Below are positions 21,431-30,620 of a stretch of 64,000 nt of DNA, piece after piece; position 1 is the first letter of the stretch; every line of letters begins with the position of its first letter. The position numbers and the translations under genes are program-made. Below the pieces are notes generated by a model, which saw only the letters and a program-made list of their open reading frames with translations, was not told the DNA's origin and ran no database searches. Source of the DNA: a virus; the IMG/VR virus record IMGVR_UViG_3300042448_000816, positions 48,371 to 112,370 of that record. One strand, given 5' to 3'.

Positions 21431-22132
21431 TTATTTTTTAGGCTTTTTGGTTAAATCTTCGTATCCAAGGCCCATTCCAATACCAAACCCAGCTTTTTGA
21501 GCATTCATTCCTTGAAGGGCCAGCACGTCATTTCCGTCCTTGGCTCTTCCACCGCTAAACACTCTAGCCTTCATTTCTTCCCACTTATTGCCAGAAGACT
21601 GTCCACTATTTTTATCTAGGTCTACCCCCTGGATAGCAGCCAAAAACTTTTTTTCCTGATAATCAAGATCTCTTTTTGACTCTAATGTTATTAGCAGTTC
21701 TGGCATAGATAGGTTAATCTCCAGGTCTGCATAGTCTTTCCATATGCCCAGCAAAAAAACTTCTGCTTCTAGCTTGGCTAAGTCTAGGCTCTGCCAAGAA
21801 GATCCACCTTCTTCTGCTTGCTCTTTTACTGGCTCTTCAGATTGCTCGTTAATTTTAATTCCTGCGGCTATTTCTAAGACCTTGTAGATTCCTGGTAAAT
21901 CCATAGAATCTTCTAACTCATAAATTGTTGATATTTCTGGATGATACTGTTGCATAGCAATAGCAGCACAATTTGATAAAAAGATAATAGCTTCTTCGTC
22001 GTTAGTTGCAGTTTTTACAAACTCAAAAGCTTCCATAAACTCTCTTAAGTATTTTAATTTTAGTGGGGATAGTTCAATTTCTGTGCCGTCTACTAAGGAC
22101 ACTTTTCCTGTTTTGTATATTGTTGTTGCCAT
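21431..22132 (-). CDS. Tail assembly chaperone (long paralogue, G+T-like)
   Basis: N-half homologous to 21059..21376; start re-assigned to ATG 22132, 6 nt after TATACT. Confidence 0.7.
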   Translation of the reverse strand: MATTIYKTGKVSLVDGTEIELSPLKLKYLREFMEAFEFVKTATNDEEAIIFLSNCAAIAMQQYHPEISTIYELEDSMDLPGIYKVLEIAAGIKINEQSEEPVKEQAEEGGSSWQSLDLAKLEAEVFLLGIWKDYADLEINLSMPELLITLESKRDLDYQEKKFLAAIQGVDLDKNSGQSSGNKWEEMKARVFSGGRAKDGNDVLALQGMNAQKAGFGIGMGLGYEDLTKKPKK

Positions 22133-22148
22133 TATATAAGTATACCGC

Positions 22149-22186
22149 AAAAACAAAATTACCCAGCCTAAAAAGACTGGGTAACT
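22149..22186 (-). terminator. Intrinsic terminator after the major tail gene
   Basis: ttacccag/ctgggtaa inverted repeat followed by a U-rich tract on the minus strand. Confidence 0.65.
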
Positions 22187-22204
22187 CTGTATTATTAAGT
22201 TATA

Positions 22205-22882
22205 TTATACTGATACTGCTGCTGGGATGGTGCGGTCTACGATCTTACCGTAGGATGCATCATTGTTTGGCAGTAGACGGAACGAAACCTCGTACATTGT
22301 TGGCTCATCACGCTTTGCAGAAACTGTAACACTCTCGATAGAAAGTGCACGGTATGCAACGTAAATACGCTCAACCTGCTCGTCTGGGTCACAGTCACCT
22401 GTACCTGGACCAACAGCCACTAGGCCACGCTCTACTGGACATTCTCCAATGTCACCAGCAGACATGTTTAGTGTCTTAGATCCAGCTTTGATTCCTGTTG
22501 CTCCTGCACTAACGGTTAGATCATCATCTCTACCAGCTAGTGAGAACAGCAAGTTCTCTAGTGTTGCCTCAGCAAAAGCAGTGTTCAGGTTAACCTGCAT
22601 ACCCTGCTTGTATAGCTTTGCAACGTCAAGAACCTGATCAACCTGTACCTCACCAAAATCTGGCTGGAACTGAATCTCAAGACCGTTCATTGTGTAACCA
22701 ACGTTCTCAAAACCGCTGTCGTTCTTTGATAGGGTCTCACGGTATGTTCCTGTTGCGTTTCCGACAGCTCCTTCAACTTCATAAGCTGGAAGATCTGTAT
22801 CTGCGAGTTCTCCGTCATTGTATGTAAACAATGCGGCTGCACCAACGATAATGTTAGTGCTTGTACCTCTTGTATATGCCAT
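22205..22882 (-). CDS. Major tail (tube) protein
   Basis: NIIVGAAALF...VGYT..GLEIQFQPDF.EV.VDQ...AEATLENL; position; downstream terminator. Confidence 0.8.
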   Translation of the reverse strand: MAYTRGTSTNIIVGAAALFTYNDGELADTDLPAYEVEGAVGNATGTYRETLSKNDSGFENVGYTMNGLEIQFQPDFGEVQVDQVLDVAKLYKQGMQVNLNTAFAEATLENLLFSLAGRDDDLTVSAGATGIKAGSKTLNMSAGDIGECPVERGLVAVGPGTGDCDPDEQVERIYVAYRALSIESVTVSAKRDEPTMYEVSFRLLPNNDASYGKIVDRTIPAAVSV

Positions 22883-22947
22883 TTAAGTCACCTCTTCTTT
22901 TTATAGATAATAGGCGTGTTTCCTCAAGCTTAAGTATATCAGCTTAT

Positions 22948-23562
22948 TTAAATAATTTGTTTTACTGGCAAAATTCTTTCTGGAGTCCAGTCATAATTCG
23001 TCATACTTGGCATTTGGTGGTAGTCATAATCAATGATAATCTTGTTACCACCATAGGTTCTGGCGGTTCCAAAGTCTATGATATCCCTAGATTCTTCTAG
23101 CTGATAAACCTTAAAATCATGAAAGTAAAACATGTTATCTACAAGCAATTCTGGGTTTACAACGTTTCCACTGCTATCAATGTTTGCTGCCCCACCTAGG
23201 TTTATCTGCCTATTAGCTGCCCAGTTGTTTACTTCCTGGGCGGTCTCGTCTCCACGGTCCATGAGCCTAAGAACCTGCTCTTGGATTTGAACCATTTTTT
23301 CAATAGGATTCTCGCCATTTGCATAAAAATAGTACATAATCTGCTCGCACTTAATGTGTGGAAAACTCCTCTTATTCATCTTGATTAATCTGTCCCATGT
23401 GGCCATCGTTCCACCAGTAGGGAAGTAAGAATTTAAATCGTTGATCGTAGAAGGCAAGGTAGGGAAAAATGGAGTATCTAGACTAGTGCTATCTAGAATC
23501 TTGCTTTGCAGATACTTGTTTATCCATAAAACTGGTGTATTTAGTAATGAATCGTTAGACAA
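22948..23562 (-). CDS. Putative tail terminator/completion protein
   Basis: Synteny (just before tail tube). Confidence 0.5.
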   Translation of the reverse strand: MSNDSLLNTPVLWINKYLQSKILDSTSLDTPFFPTLPSTINDLNSYFPTGGTMATWDRLIKMNKRSFPHIKCEQIMYYFYANGENPIEKMVQIQEQVLRLMDRGDETAQEVNNWAANRQINLGGAANIDSSGNVVNPELLVDNMFYFHDFKVYQLEESRDIIDFGTARTYGGNKIIIDYDYHQMPSMTNYDWTPERILPVKQII

Positions 23563-24232
23563 TCTTTGCTACCCCCGCATTTGCTACCCAGCGATATCCA
23601 GTAGATACTCCGCCAGGCTTTCCAACTCTTTTGCCTTTAGACAAATTCTTTTTGTAAGAAACTGGGTTTTCTAGGTAAGCACCGATTCCGCTGGCTCTTA
23701 AAAAGGCTTGAGTAAAATACTTGTTAAAGAAGTTATCAAAAACTTGTTCGAATTTTCCTTGGGTATTTCCACCAGGATTTTGAACAGTGACTGGAGACTT
23801 AGTAAAAACTTCTTCCCCATTATCCATAAAGCTTAAAGCTTGTGCCTGTTTTGGAACAATTGTAACAGCTAAACCATTCTCCATGATTCTTGCCTTGTCG
23901 TAGAATGGAGTGTTAGATCCATTTTGAATTGTGCTTGATTGCCTAAATGACGGAATAAAAGAAATTCCTAGATTGCTTACTGTATGTGTTATATCATAAA
24001 GTCTAGCATTTGGGCTTCCAGTCTTATCCCACTCATACACGTGATGTAAGATTGATGGATTTACCTTAGCATTAGAATCTATATAACTCTTTAATACCTC
24101 TATAGTCTTAAATCCAATAGAGTTCATCAAGTCTTGCTTTCCTAGCTGGATGCCGTCTAAAAATCCCACAGAATAATCCATCATATTTTTCATGTCTTTA
24201 TTAAACTGTCTTCCATCAAACTTAATTCTCAT
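23555..24232 (-). CDS. Putative neck/tail completion protein
   Basis: Synteny within the head-tail block. Confidence 0.5.
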   Translation of the reverse strand: MRIKFDGRQFNKDMKNMMDYSVGFLDGIQLGKQDLMNSIGFKTIEVLKSYIDSNAKVNPSILHHVYEWDKTGSPNARLYDITHTVSNLGISFIPSFRQSSTIQNGSNTPFYDKARIMENGLAVTIVPKQAQALSFMDNGEEVFTKSPVTVQNPGGNTQGKFEQVFDNFFNKYFTQAFLRASGIGAYLENPVSYKKNLSKGKRVGKPGGVSTGYRWVANAGVAKIV

Positions 24233-24678
24233 AGGTCTGCCGCCTGATTTTCTGATCTGCGGACAATTACCTTGTAATACTCTACTGATCCAAAAGGTCC
24301 TACGAAAGGCTCTACAGTAGCTACTTCAAACAAGGTGGACTTTCCAGCTCTTGGGCCTGATGTTTCTACATAAATTTCATTAAGATGCTTGTCTTTTATG
24401 TTAGTAACAATAATATTTGTTATTGAGTTTTGAACGTCTTCATTTGAAAATCTAATGTCTGTTCTAACCCTACCCAGCATTACGCTATCCTGGGTAATAT
24501 TAGCATTTGGCTTAATATCTTCTTTCCAGGCAGTGCCAGCAGAATTAAAATTACAAGCGATTGTTCTGTCATGCATCCAGTTTTTCTTGACATTTCCATA
24601 TGGACCTTGATCAACGACTGGGTAGTAAATGTCTGCAAGCATTGGAAAGATAATTGACGTATTCTCGCAGGTAGCCAT
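24229..24678 (-). CDS. Putative head closure protein
   Basis: Size, beta-rich sequence and synteny. Confidence 0.55.
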   Translation of the reverse strand: MATCENTSIIFPMLADIYYPVVDQGPYGNVKKNWMHDRTIACNFNSAGTAWKEDIKPNANITQDSVMLGRVRTDIRFSNEDVQNSITNIIVTNIKDKHLNEIYVETSGPRAGKSTLFEVATVEPFVGPFGSVEYYKVIVRRSENQAADL

Positions 24679-25571
24679 TATAAGACTCCAAGTCTAGTAA
24701 TAGACTTAGCATACTTTGAAAGTATCTTGTCTACTATGATATTTCCTGTTCCCTCAAATACCCTGCTGTCAAACTGTAGTCTAAACTGGTCTGTGTTGTA
24801 TGCAGAAATATATCTTTGGTAGTAGTCATTTCTGCCACACTTGATGTCATCAATCAGCAGAGTTGCTGCTCTAACGATGTCTGAGGGCACTGTAGGATAT
24901 CCCACCTCTAACACAAACTTATAGTCATATCCGTTAGGAAAACCTCGTAGAGGCGGCAGGTTGGCGTCTACAAGGTCTGAGCCAGCAGCTGGCAAAATTA
25001 GAGGAGCCTGTTCGTTTCTATTAACCCTGTCTGCAGCAACCTCTGTGATAGCTGTTTTGTCTCTGGTTATTTCATAGGTTCGGTCTGTAACCAATTCGTT
25101 ATTTTCGTATACAGACAAGATTCTTTTTGCATCCCACCATAAAGGTATATAGTCTGCTCCAAGACCTACAACCTCTAAAGTTTTCTTTTTGTAGTAAAAG
25201 CCTTCTGGAATAACCGAATCGATAACAGCTCTGGCAATTTCTTCATACTTAGTATATTCTGCAATCTCTGAGGCAGTTGTACCTAGAGTGGATGGATCCA
25301 CATAAGGCCTAACAAGCTCAGTCGTATCATCATAGAGTAAAACATCTACCCCATTTACAGCATCAAACTCTACTCTATAGTCTCCATCATATTTTGCAGG
25401 AAGTGTATAAGAAAAGGTGTCTCCAGCCTCACCAGTATGATCCGTAACAACCTCAGACAAGTCGGAAAGGTCTGTGACCCTTATGTAAAAGTCTGTTTCT
25501 TCAGTGTACCACTCTGGTACTACAAAATTTAAAGTTAGGTCATCGTGCGGAGCCAGTCTTAATAATTCCAT
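24678..25571 (-). CDS. Head-tail adaptor/connector
   Basis: GYPTVPSDIVRAATLLI motif typical of gp6/gp15-like adaptors. Confidence 0.7.
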   Translation of the reverse strand: MELLRLAPHDDLTLNFVVPEWYTEETDFYIRVTDLSDLSEVVTDHTGEAGDTFSYTLPAKYDGDYRVEFDAVNGVDVLLYDDTTELVRPYVDPSTLGTTASEIAEYTKYEEIARAVIDSVIPEGFYYKKKTLEVVGLGADYIPLWWDAKRILSVYENNELVTDRTYEITRDKTAITEVAADRVNRNEQAPLILPAAGSDLVDANLPPLRGFPNGYDYKFVLEVGYPTVPSDIVRAATLLIDDIKCGRNDYYQRYISAYNTDQFRLQFDSRVFEGTGNIIVDKILSKYAKSITRLGVL

Positions 25572-25993
25572 TACTTACCGAAATCTCTCGCAACTTCTTC
25601 TGGGGTTGCAATTCTGATGTGGTCACGTGTTGCCCACTTATCTGCAGCCTGCTTTGTCACAATGTTGTAGCCCTTAGAAACCTGACCAACTCCAGACCAG
25701 TTAACATTTCTTGTAGAGTAAATTGCAACTGTGTCTTTTGATTCGGATACTTTTGGCTTGTCTGTTTCTTTCTTTTCTGCACTAGCTGATCCAATCACAT
25801 TTTCTTCATTAGAAGTAACGGACAGATTTGGACTAGTAGCCATCTTGTCTGAAGAAATTACATCGTTACGCTCTTCTTGAGCTTTTACAGCTTCTTTATA
25901 TTTTTCTATAAGTGGATGAGGAATTAAAGCTTCGCCATCTTCTAGTTTGGCAAGTGGTACATCTTTAAATTTTGAATTATTATTTTCGGACAT
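25571..25993 (-). CDS. Hypothetical protein following the capsid gene
   Basis: SD AAGGAG; C-terminal IRIATPEEVA. Confidence 0.7.
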   Translation of the reverse strand: MSENNNSKFKDVPLAKLEDGEALIPHPLIEKYKEAVKAQEERNDVISSDKMATSPNLSVTSNEENVIGSASAEKKETDKPKVSESKDTVAIYSTRNVNWSGVGQVSKGYNIVTKQAADKWATRDHIRIATPEEVARDFGK

Positions 25994-26033
25994 GACTATC
26001 TCCTTCTTTACCTTTAATTATAACAGATATTAG

Positions 26034-26071
26034 AAAAGGGAGCAGGAGATTTTACTCACCTGCCCCCTTTT
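26034..26071 (-). terminator. Intrinsic terminator after the major capsid gene
   Basis: aaaagggagcagg...cctgccccctttt hairpin. Confidence 0.75.
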
Positions 26072-26088
26072 AGTAGGTTGCGTTAGAC

Positions 26089-27201
26089 TTATGAAGCGTC
26101 TACAGCGTCTGCGTCAGCGAACGCAATTGCGTCCTCTTCTTCCCACTGAATACCAAAACGTACGAATACGGTGTACTCAATGGTGTCCTTCTTAGGAACA
26201 TACTGACGGTTAACAGTGATGTCTCTCTGGAAACCCCATACACGGTTCTGTGGGAATGTAAGGTCTACATATCCTGCAGGGTAGTAAGGTACTTCCTGAA
26301 CATCAATGCCTAGAACACGGGTAGTGCGAGCACCACCGAATGTCTGGCCCTGGCCGTCAAGGTAAGCCTGGGTGTTAGCCTGGGTGTTACCGTTGTGGCC
26401 TAGTGCCTCAGCAATTGCATCTGATAGGGTTCCGTTGTTCTTAACGATTCCCTGGAATGCGTCTGTACCAGCGTAGAACTTAAGATTGCTCTTAAGTGCA
26501 CGGTACTTCCTTGGCAATGCAAGAATAATCTTCTGCATTACGTCTGGAGTCCATGAGTTGTCTGCGACTGTTACAACTGCTTCGTGTGCATCTCCTGTTG
26601 TAGCCTTGTGGACAAATCCTTCCATGATAGAAGTAAATGCTGTTCCACCAGCTCCAACACCGTTGATAGCTAGATCTTCGATGTCATTTGCAAATGCATT
26701 TGTCATCAAACGAACTAGGTGGTCCTCTAGGGCACCACCCTCAACGTTGTCTTCTAGTGCTTCAGCTGAAACTTCCCAGTCCAGACGAATCTTCTTGGTA
26801 GAAAGTTCGACCTTTGAGAATGTTGCACCTGTGTTTGTGTACTCTGCATTAGCCTGAGCTGCTGCACGAATAACACGTTCGCCTACGTTAACTTTTTCAA
26901 GTTCCATAGAGTTGGCTCGCATAGTTACACGACGACCATCTTTGGCGAGAATAGTGGCGTCCCATACGTAGTCAATAAAACGACGTGCCTGTTCAGGGCG
27001 TAGGATACCGCTTGCCGCATCACCCGAAGGATTTACGGCATTTGGACCACTTGTTACTCCTAGTGTTGCTGTTGGGATGTTGCCCAGTGTGTCTGCACCT
27101 GGGTTACTTACACCACCAATTCCTCCAGACGCAAAAGCACCTTCGCCATTAACTTCGTTAGCACCAGCACCTGGATAGTTTTTAATAATCTCTTCCGACA
27201 T
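26089..27201 (-). CDS. Major capsid protein (HK97 fold)
   Basis: GILRPEQARRFID, EALEDNVEG, FANDIEDLAING; strong SD AGGAGG before ATG 27201; follows the protease. Confidence 0.9.
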   Translation of the reverse strand: MSEEIIKNYPGAGANEVNGEGAFASGGIGGVSNPGADTLGNIPTATLGVTSGPNAVNPSGDAASGILRPEQARRFIDYVWDATILAKDGRRVTMRANSMELEKVNVGERVIRAAAQANAEYTNTGATFSKVELSTKKIRLDWEVSAEALEDNVEGGALEDHLVRLMTNAFANDIEDLAINGVGAGGTAFTSIMEGFVHKATTGDAHEAVVTVADNSWTPDVMQKIILALPRKYRALKSNLKFYAGTDAFQGIVKNNGTLSDAIAEALGHNGNTQANTQAYLDGQGQTFGGARTTRVLGIDVQEVPYYPAGYVDLTFPQNRVWGFQRDITVNRQYVPKKDTIEYTVFVRFGIQWEEEDAIAFADADAVDAS

Positions 27202-27226
27202 AATTGTCACCTCCTGTGATATTTGT

Positions 27227-27796
27227 TTATTTGAATAGATCGGCAGTTTTGAGGAAACGTCCGCCCCATAGGGATTTCTGAACCTGTTCTGGTTCAGATT
27301 CCTGAACGATCTCGCCTAGATCGCCAGACTTGCGGAAAGCGGTGTCAGCCTCAACAGCGTCTACCCTCTTTCCAAACTCGTTAAACTGTCCCTTGGCTTC
27401 TGTTACCTCATTTTTTACAGAGTCAATTGACTTGCTTAGTGCAGATACCTGCTCGTGTAGAGCTTTTACGGTATTTGCTAGATCGCTAAAGGCTGATGTT
27501 AGAGTACTCTGGATTTCAGTAACTGCATTTACAATTACTTCTTCCGACTTAGATACCCCTTCTTCCTCGGCTACAGCTTCAGACTTCATTTCTTCTTCAG
27601 ACTTCATCTCGTCTTCAGACTTTGTTTCGTCTTCATCTTCCATCTTCTCTTCATCCATAGACTTCTCTTTGTCTTCAGAGTAGGACTTTTCTACTGCATC
27701 TTCGGTTGCGGCATCTGCCTCTGGAGCGACCTGTGATTCTTCTACAACGTCATCAGACTTTTCGACGACGTCTTCAGTGATTGTTGTTTCACTCAT
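27227..27796 (-). CDS. Probable nested in-frame scaffolding protein (MSETTITEDV...)
   Basis: Internal SD AAGGAGGT 7 nt before in-frame ATG 27796; acidic linker plus coiled coil. Confidence 0.55.
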   Translation of the reverse strand: MSETTITEDVVEKSDDVVEESQVAPEADAATEDAVEKSYSEDKEKSMDEEKMEDEDETKSEDEMKSEEEMKSEAVAEEEGVSKSEEVIVNAVTEIQSTLTSAFSDLANTVKALHEQVSALSKSIDSVKNEVTEAKGQFNEFGKRVDAVEADTAFRKSGDLGEIVQESEPEQVQKSLWGGRFLKTADLFK

Positions 27797-28552
27797 AGGA
27801 CTTACCTCCTTGTTAATCTCAGTTTTAATGCCTTTAGCACTATCAACTAAGAACTTTATCATATCTGTTTTTTCGTTATCGTTCTTTTCAACGAAACCTA
27901 TATTTTGCATTGGAGCTCCAGACGTTGGGCTTTGCTCTGATTCATTTTCTGACAACATGACTATGCCAGATTCTGCATCCCAAAAGACATTCTCAATTGG
28001 GGTATCTAAGCTTTCACCCTTAATCATTTCTACTCCGTCAACTTTTTCGACAGATAAAACATTTGCAAACTGGTTTGCTGGATTATCTACCAGAGACAAT
28101 TCTACCAGATCGTAGTCTTTTATGATTCGAATTTTTGAATCCATTTTCTCATCATACCCGTCATCCCACTTATTCATTTTTCCACCAATAGAAAAACCAG
28201 AAAGTGTGCCGTCTAAGACCTTTTCCCAGGTGTTTTGAGCACCCTTTGAAATATATGTTGATACGTAAACGCCAGAATAGAACTTCTTGGCTTCTGGATC
28301 AAAGTACTTGTCTTCTTTAAAAGAGATCATCTTTCCAACTGCTGTTGGTTGATGCATTTCTCTAATGTTACCACGAAACTTTGAGAAAGCCTTTACGCTG
28401 GCTTCTGTTGTGACTATGTCAGCCTGCTTGTCAATATTATCAAGTGTGGCAAAGCCAGAGACAATACGTCTCTCTACGTCCACTTTACTGAACGGCATTG
28501 ATAGGCGAACGTTGTCACCTTCAGTATCCCAATGGGCTTTCTGCATAGTCAT
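27227..28552 (-). CDS. Prohead protease (HK97/U35-type) fused to an acidic scaffold region
   Basis: VSGFATLDNIDKQADIV, REMHQ, GTLSGFSIGG, ELSLVDNPANQ. Confidence 0.9.
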   Translation of the reverse strand: MTMQKAHWDTEGDNVRLSMPFSKVDVERRIVSGFATLDNIDKQADIVTTEASVKAFSKFRGNIREMHQPTAVGKMISFKEDKYFDPEAKKFYSGVYVSTYISKGAQNTWEKVLDGTLSGFSIGGKMNKWDDGYDEKMDSKIRIIKDYDLVELSLVDNPANQFANVLSVEKVDGVEMIKGESLDTPIENVFWDAESGIVMLSENESEQSPTSGAPMQNIGFVEKNDNEKTDMIKFLVDSAKGIKTEINKEVSPMSETTITEDVVEKSDDVVEESQVAPEADAATEDAVEKSYSEDKEKSMDEEKMEDEDETKSEDEMKSEEEMKSEAVAEEEGVSKSEEVIVNAVTEIQSTLTSAFSDLANTVKALHEQVSALSKSIDSVKNEVTEAKGQFNEFGKRVDAVEADTAFRKSGDLGEIVQESEPEQVQKSLWGGRFLKTADLFK

Positions 28553-28599
28553 GTTATCTCAATTATAAGGCTCTTTTATGAAAAGTATCAAAAATGATG

Positions 28600-30231
28600 C
28601 TATTCTGAAGACCTTCCCTCTCCAGCTGGATTTCGTCCAGCTACAGTAGCGGTGCTGTCTGAAGAGTTATTTGCTCTTTCAGAATCTCTTTGTCTGTTCT
28701 GAGCAGTGTTAGCTCTTGCATCTGTGGCTTGTCTAGTTGACATTTCAAATGGCTCATCGCCGTCTGGTCTTTGTGGTAGTCCAAGCTTTTCACGAGCTTC
28801 GTTAGGCACCATAATCTGAGTCTTAACGTATCTCTCAAGAATCTGAGACTGAGCAATTTCATCTGTCAAAGTTAGCTCATTAAACTTAAAGTCTAGGATG
28901 TCTGTCTTTTCTTTAATGACCTTGCTCATCATTTTTTCTAGATTTGCCTGAGCTGGTCTTGCAACCTGCTCTTTAAATGTACGGTCTTGAGCTAGAGCTG
29001 CTGCGATGTTAGCTGCATCCCCTCCACCAATCTTTGAGAGAGGAACTTGGTGGGCAACAAGAATGTCGTCCCTATTTCTAAGCCTGTAGTCGTTAAAGGA
29101 TGCCTCTTGCACTCCAGCCTCAATTGGCTCCATCTTAAATTCTACCTTGTTTGTATCTGTGTCTGCTGGTAGAGGAATGTATAGGGTTCTGTGAGACTGG
29201 CCCTTTAAGCTAGTCTGAAGGAATCTGAACATCTTGTCTTCTGCGTCAGAAGACAGCTTTGCACCCTTTAGAGTTACGATATACCTTGGAACACCCTTGT
29301 TTCCAAAGTAGTCAATGTTATACTGAGAGGCTAGCTGGTCTCCATGCAAAGCTGAGATTGCAGACATGATGTCTGGAACCCCATAGAAAGTATTTAGCGG
29401 AGAGTATTCTTTATAGTGAATGATCTCGTTTGGTCTTGGGTCTCCAGTAATTGGATTCTGGTTCTTTGCCCCGAAGTTTTTGAAGTAAACAACTTTCTGA
29501 CCAATAATCTGAACATATCCGTCACGCAGTCTTCGAACTCTCATAGTTGTAGATGGGATGTGGCCAAGGTAGCCAATTTCTCCAGTAACAGTTCTTCCTA
29601 CCTCAAGATATCCGTTTCCAGTTGCCTGAACGTCTGTATAAAACTTCATCATCGTATTTGAAAAAGAGTCGTCGCTGTTTAGAGTCTCAAGCCACTCACG
29701 CATTTCAACCTTTGCTCTTTCAATACGCTTTCTGGCCTTGTCTGTTGCAGTTTCGCTACTGGATGCTTCAAGCTGCATCATAGTTCTTTTTGAAATGTGG
29801 AAGTCGTATCCTAGACCAACAATGTTTTCAACCTTTGCATCAATAGCTGCGTGGTTAGCAAAAGATGTATCGTAGTAGTTAGCCAGTTCATAAAGGTTCC
29901 ATGGTGGGGTAATTACGTCAAACATTCCATAGCCATTGTGGAATACTGATCCAGGATTAATCTCTTTGGAGGTTGCTCCGTTTTGTCCAGTGCTTCTAGC
30001 TAGGGCACTATCCTGGTACCCTTGCCTAGTTGTATCTACTCCAGTAAAGTCAAGACTTTCATATGCCTTAACAATACGGTCTGATCGTCTTTTAAAATTC
30101 TTTTCTATTCCAGAAAGGCTTTTTAGCTCATCCCATTTTTTATTAAATGGATCCTGCTTTTTAAACAGGTCTTCTGCTAGCTCTTCTTCTGGCACAAAAG
30201 CTTGGATTGGATACTGATACTCATCCGACAT
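28600..30231 (-). CDS. Portal protein
   Basis: TGNGYLEV.R, NEIIH.K.YSP...FYGVPDI, YF.N.GVP, PNEARE.LGLP. Confidence 0.9.
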   Translation of the reverse strand: MSDEYQYPIQAFVPEEELAEDLFKKQDPFNKKWDELKSLSGIEKNFKRRSDRIVKAYESLDFTGVDTTRQGYQDSALARSTGQNGATSKEINPGSVFHNGYGMFDVITPPWNLYELANYYDTSFANHAAIDAKVENIVGLGYDFHISKRTMMQLEASSSETATDKARKRIERAKVEMREWLETLNSDDSFSNTMMKFYTDVQATGNGYLEVGRTVTGEIGYLGHIPSTTMRVRRLRDGYVQIIGQKVVYFKNFGAKNQNPITGDPRPNEIIHYKEYSPLNTFYGVPDIMSAISALHGDQLASQYNIDYFGNKGVPRYIVTLKGAKLSSDAEDKMFRFLQTSLKGQSHRTLYIPLPADTDTNKVEFKMEPIEAGVQEASFNDYRLRNRDDILVAHQVPLSKIGGGDAANIAAALAQDRTFKEQVARPAQANLEKMMSKVIKEKTDILDFKFNELTLTDEIAQSQILERYVKTQIMVPNEAREKLGLPQRPDGDEPFEMSTRQATDARANTAQNRQRDSERANNSSDSTATVAGRNPAGEGRSSE

Positions 30232-30233
30232 TG

Positions 30234-30602
30234 TTACTCATCTCCATAAAGTTCTAAGGTTTTCTTTGCTGCAATAACGGCACCAATGTCGTTTAGAGAT
30301 GGTATTAGGCCTTGCTTCATTCGGTCTACCTGCTCGCTATACTCTTCATCGGTAATTCTTGCTGTTCCTGGGAAAAACACATGGGTTCCATTAGGCTCTC
30401 CGTAGTAGGCAGCTGCCTGTTTTAGCTTTGCAATCTGATTTTCATCGCCCCTATTAGCCTGAACGTTTAGGATATTGCCGTTTCCATCAGTAAACCACTT
30501 GCCATTAGCCTTTTTCCAAACATATACGCCCCAGGAATAACCCGTTTGATCTACAAGAGTTACTTTAGCTTTACCAATTGCTTCTGCAAATTTGTCTTCC
30601 AT
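30234..30602 (-). CDS. Hypothetical protein upstream of portal
   Basis: Leaderless ATG 30602, 7 nt after TGGTATACT. Confidence 0.7.
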   Translation of the reverse strand: MEDKFAEAIGKAKVTLVDQTGYSWGVYVWKKANGKWFTDGNGNILNVQANRGDENQIAKLKQAAAYYGEPNGTHVFFPGTARITDEEYSEQVDRMKQGLIPSLNDIGAVIAAKKTLELYGDE

Positions 30603-30620
30603 GACCACTAGTATACCATA

